Part shown: in pieces, positions 61,940 through 64,000 of the stretch
How positions within the stretch are numbered: position 1 is the first letter of the stretch
How the letters are laid out: the number at the start of each line of letters is the position of its first letter
Source: Nitrospirota bacterium
GTDB taxonomy: Bacteria; Nitrospirota; UBA9217
Assembly: GCA_963840455.1 (NCBI GenBank)
Contig: CAWIYV010000011.1
Coordinates: forward strand, 512,001-576,000
Direction of reading: 5' to 3'
DNA length: 64,000 nt
Program-made: the position numbers and the translations under genes
Notes under the pieces: generated by a model
What the model was told of the DNA's origin: nothing
Databases searched by the model: none
The model's input: only the letters and a program-made list of their open reading frames with translations

Positions 61940-64000
61940 CTACGGTCCCGTCTGCCCCGCTGCCTGTCTCCGCAGCACCGCCTTCAGCGCCTCCATGGAC
62001 AGCAGCACGACCGCGCTGATAGCCATGACTGTGGCAAGGTCCTTAAACGTGGGAAGCCTGATCCCGAAGGTCTCGCGCAGCGCAGGGATCTGGATAAGTC
62101 CGAAGGCCAGCACCAGTTCCCAAAAGATCGCCAAGAGCAGCCACTTGTGGGGCGGCGCCTTGAAGATGCTGTACTTGAGCGAGCGGAAGCTCATGGCGAT
62201 GACCAGCTCGACCACGATGAAGAGGAAGAACATCTCGGTCCGCATGTGTTCGATCTCTCCCAGGTCATGGAAGAAGAGCCAGAAGAAAAGCGGAGCCTCC
62301 ACGACGAGCGCCAGCAGGATGAAGGTCATCACTTCCCGGGTGAACACGCTTTCCTTCGGGTCCCGCGGCGGCCGCTGCATGATGTCCGGGTCGGGCGGCG
62401 ACACGCCCAGGGCGAGAGCCGGCAGGCCATCGGTCGCCAGGTTGATGTAGAGGATGGCGGCGGGCAGGAGCGGCAGATATTCCGGCCCCATCATCAGCAC
62501 CACGCCGCCGATGACGGCCACCTCGGTGATGTTGGCGCGCAGGAGATAGGTGAGATACTTCTTGATGTTGTCGTAGATCCAGCGGCCGCGCTCGATCGCC
62601 GAAACGATGGTGGCGAAGTTGTCGTCCGTCAGCACCATGTCCGCCGCCTCCTTCGTCACCTCGGTCCCGGTGATGCCCATGGCGATGCCGATGTCGGCGT
62701 GCTTCAGCGCCGGGGCGTCGTTCACGCCGTCACCGGTCATGGCCACCACGTCGCCGCGCTGCTTCCAGGCCTTCACGATCTTGAGCTTGTCCATGGGCGA
62801 CACGCGTGCGTAGACGGTGACGGTCTGCACGATCGCGGCGAACGCTTCGTCCGACAACTTCTCCAGTTCCTCCCCCGTGAGGACCCGGTCGCCCTCCTGG
62901 TGAATGCCCATCTCCCGGGCAATGGCCACGGCAGTAAGCTTGTGGTCGCCGGTGATCATGACCGGTTTGATGTGCACCTGCTTGCAGACCCGGATCGCCT
63001 CAATGGCCTCGGGCCGAGGCGGATCCATCATGCCGGCAAGGCCGAGGAAGACCATGTCGTTCTCCACATCATCCTCGGACAAGGCGGCGCCCGCCGGCAG
63101 GTCGCGGGAGGCCAGGCCGAGCACACGCAGAGCATCCTTTGCCATGCTCTCATTCGCGGCGAGTATGGCATCCCGGCCCTCGGGCGTGAGCGCACGCGGC
63201 CCGCTCTCCTCCATCACATGGCTGCACCGCCCCAACACCAGCTCAGGGGCTCCCTTCATGCAGGCGGTGCGCTGTCCGGCCTTTTCATGGATCGTGGTCA
63301 TGCGCTTCCGTTCCGAACTGAAGGGGATCTCCTCCACCCGCGGGCTCCCGAGCCTCGTCTCGCGAACGCGCATGTCCGCCTTGGCCGCAGCCACGACGAG
63401 CGAGCCTTCGGTGGGATCTCCGGTGACGCGCCACTGTCCGTCCTTCTCCTGCAGGTCCGAATCGTTGCACAGGACCCCGCACTTGAGGAACTCCTCGAGG
63501 GGACGGTTCCCGACAGCCTTGAGAGTCTCTCCGCGCGCGGTGAACCCGCCCTCCGGCGCGTACCCCGCCCCGCTTACCTCGATCATCGTGCCCGGCAGAT
63601 ACAACTTCCGGACGGTCATCTCTCCCCGCGTGAGCGTGCCGGTCTTGTCGGTGCAGATCACCGTGGTGCAGCCCAGCGTTTCAACAGCAGGCATCTTGCG
63701 CACCAGCGCGTGCTCCTTCGCCATCTGGCGCATACCGATGGCGAGCGCGCCGGTCACGATGGCGGCGAGGGCCTCGGGAACCGCGGCAACGGCGAGGGCG
63801 ATGGCGAACATGGTGATCGTCACGATGAAAGGCAGTTCAACGGTCCCCTTGGTGAGATATTCACGGGCGATGCTGATGCCCGCGACCAGGATGCAGATGC
63901 CGAGGGCGATCATGCCGAGCCATCTGCCGATCTCCTCGGTCCGCTTCTCCAGCGGCGTCTTCTCCGTCTTGACCGTGGAGACTTCCTCGGCGATCTTGCC
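61940..64000 (-). CDS. Cation-transporting P-type ATPase (P2-type, Ca2+-like), N-terminus outside window
   Basis: AVPEAL, DKTGTLT, KGAPE, TGD, GDGVNDAPALK, INLATDG. Confidence 0.95.
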   Translation of the reverse strand, partial: GKIAEEVSTVKTEKTPLEKRTEEIGRWLGMIALGICILVAGISIAREYLTKGTVELPFIVTITMFAIALAVAAVPEALAAIVTGALAIGMRQMAKEHALVRKMPAVETLGCTTVICTDKTGTLTRGEMTVRKLYLPGTMIEVSGAGYAPEGGFTARGETLKAVGNRPLEEFLKCGVLCNDSDLQEKDGQWRVTGDPTEGSLVVAAAKADMRVRETRLGSPRVEEIPFSSERKRMTTIHEKAGQRTACMKGAPELVLGRCSHVMEESGPRALTPEGRDAILAANESMAKDALRVLGLASRDLPAGAALSEDDVENDMVFLGLAGMMDPPRPEAIEAIRVCKQVHIKPVMITGDHKLTAVAIAREMGIHQEGDRVLTGEELEKLSDEAFAAIVQTVTVYARVSPMDKLKIVKAWKQRGDVVAMTGDGVNDAPALKHADIGIAMGITGTEVTKEAADMVLTDDNFATIVSAIERGRWIYDNIKKYLTYLLRANITEVAVIGGVVLMMGPEYLPLLPAAILYINLATDGLPALALGVSPPDPDIMQRPPRDPKESVFTREVMTFILLALVVEAPLFFWLFFHDLGEIEHMRTEMFFLFIVVELVIAMSFRSLKYSIFKAPPHKWLLLAIFWELVLAFGLIQIPALRETFGIRLPTFKDLATVMAISAVVLLSMEALKAVLRRQAAGQTGP

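Overview
GC-rich bacterial chromosome segment from an organism with dissimilatory sulfur metabolism. Gene content and repeat style suggest Nitrospirota (Thermodesulfovibrionia-like) or a related lineage; this is inference only. Left part (1-20 kb, mostly minus strand): TauE/esterase/ATP-grasp unit, guaA, HD and YkgJ proteins, and a co-oriented run rdgB-adk-sat-aprBA-qmoABC-CBS-hppA, with qmoB split by a +1 frameshift. Middle part (20.4-41 kb) is a signalling region with three sigma54-type (-24/-12) promoters. It contains (i) a PocR-GAF-GGDEF cyclase / P-loop ATPase-anti-sigma-kinase fusion / Thr-STAS / GAF-HD-GYP operon behind a ~220-bp tandem duplication, (ii) a PP2C-vWA-ZnR/FHA-membrane FHA/vWA/FHA-Ser/Thr kinase operon, (iii) a lower-GC islet with a TolB-like fragment, a Geobacter PilA-N-like short pilin and a DUF4382-type lipoprotein, and (iv) an FHA-sigma54 activator divergent from FHA-PP2C-Ser/Thr kinase. 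Right part: EF-hand protein, two hybrid histidine kinases, acyl-CoA ligase, a candidate sRNA, csp, cupin, HD, RDD-mreBCD-mrdA-rodA, a twice-frameshifted B12 radical SAM fusion, START, SRPBCC, SRAP and a partial P-type ATPase. No rRNA, tRNA, CRISPR array or transposase was recognised. Several palindromic dispersed repeats are present. All family calls come from motif recognition, not database searches.
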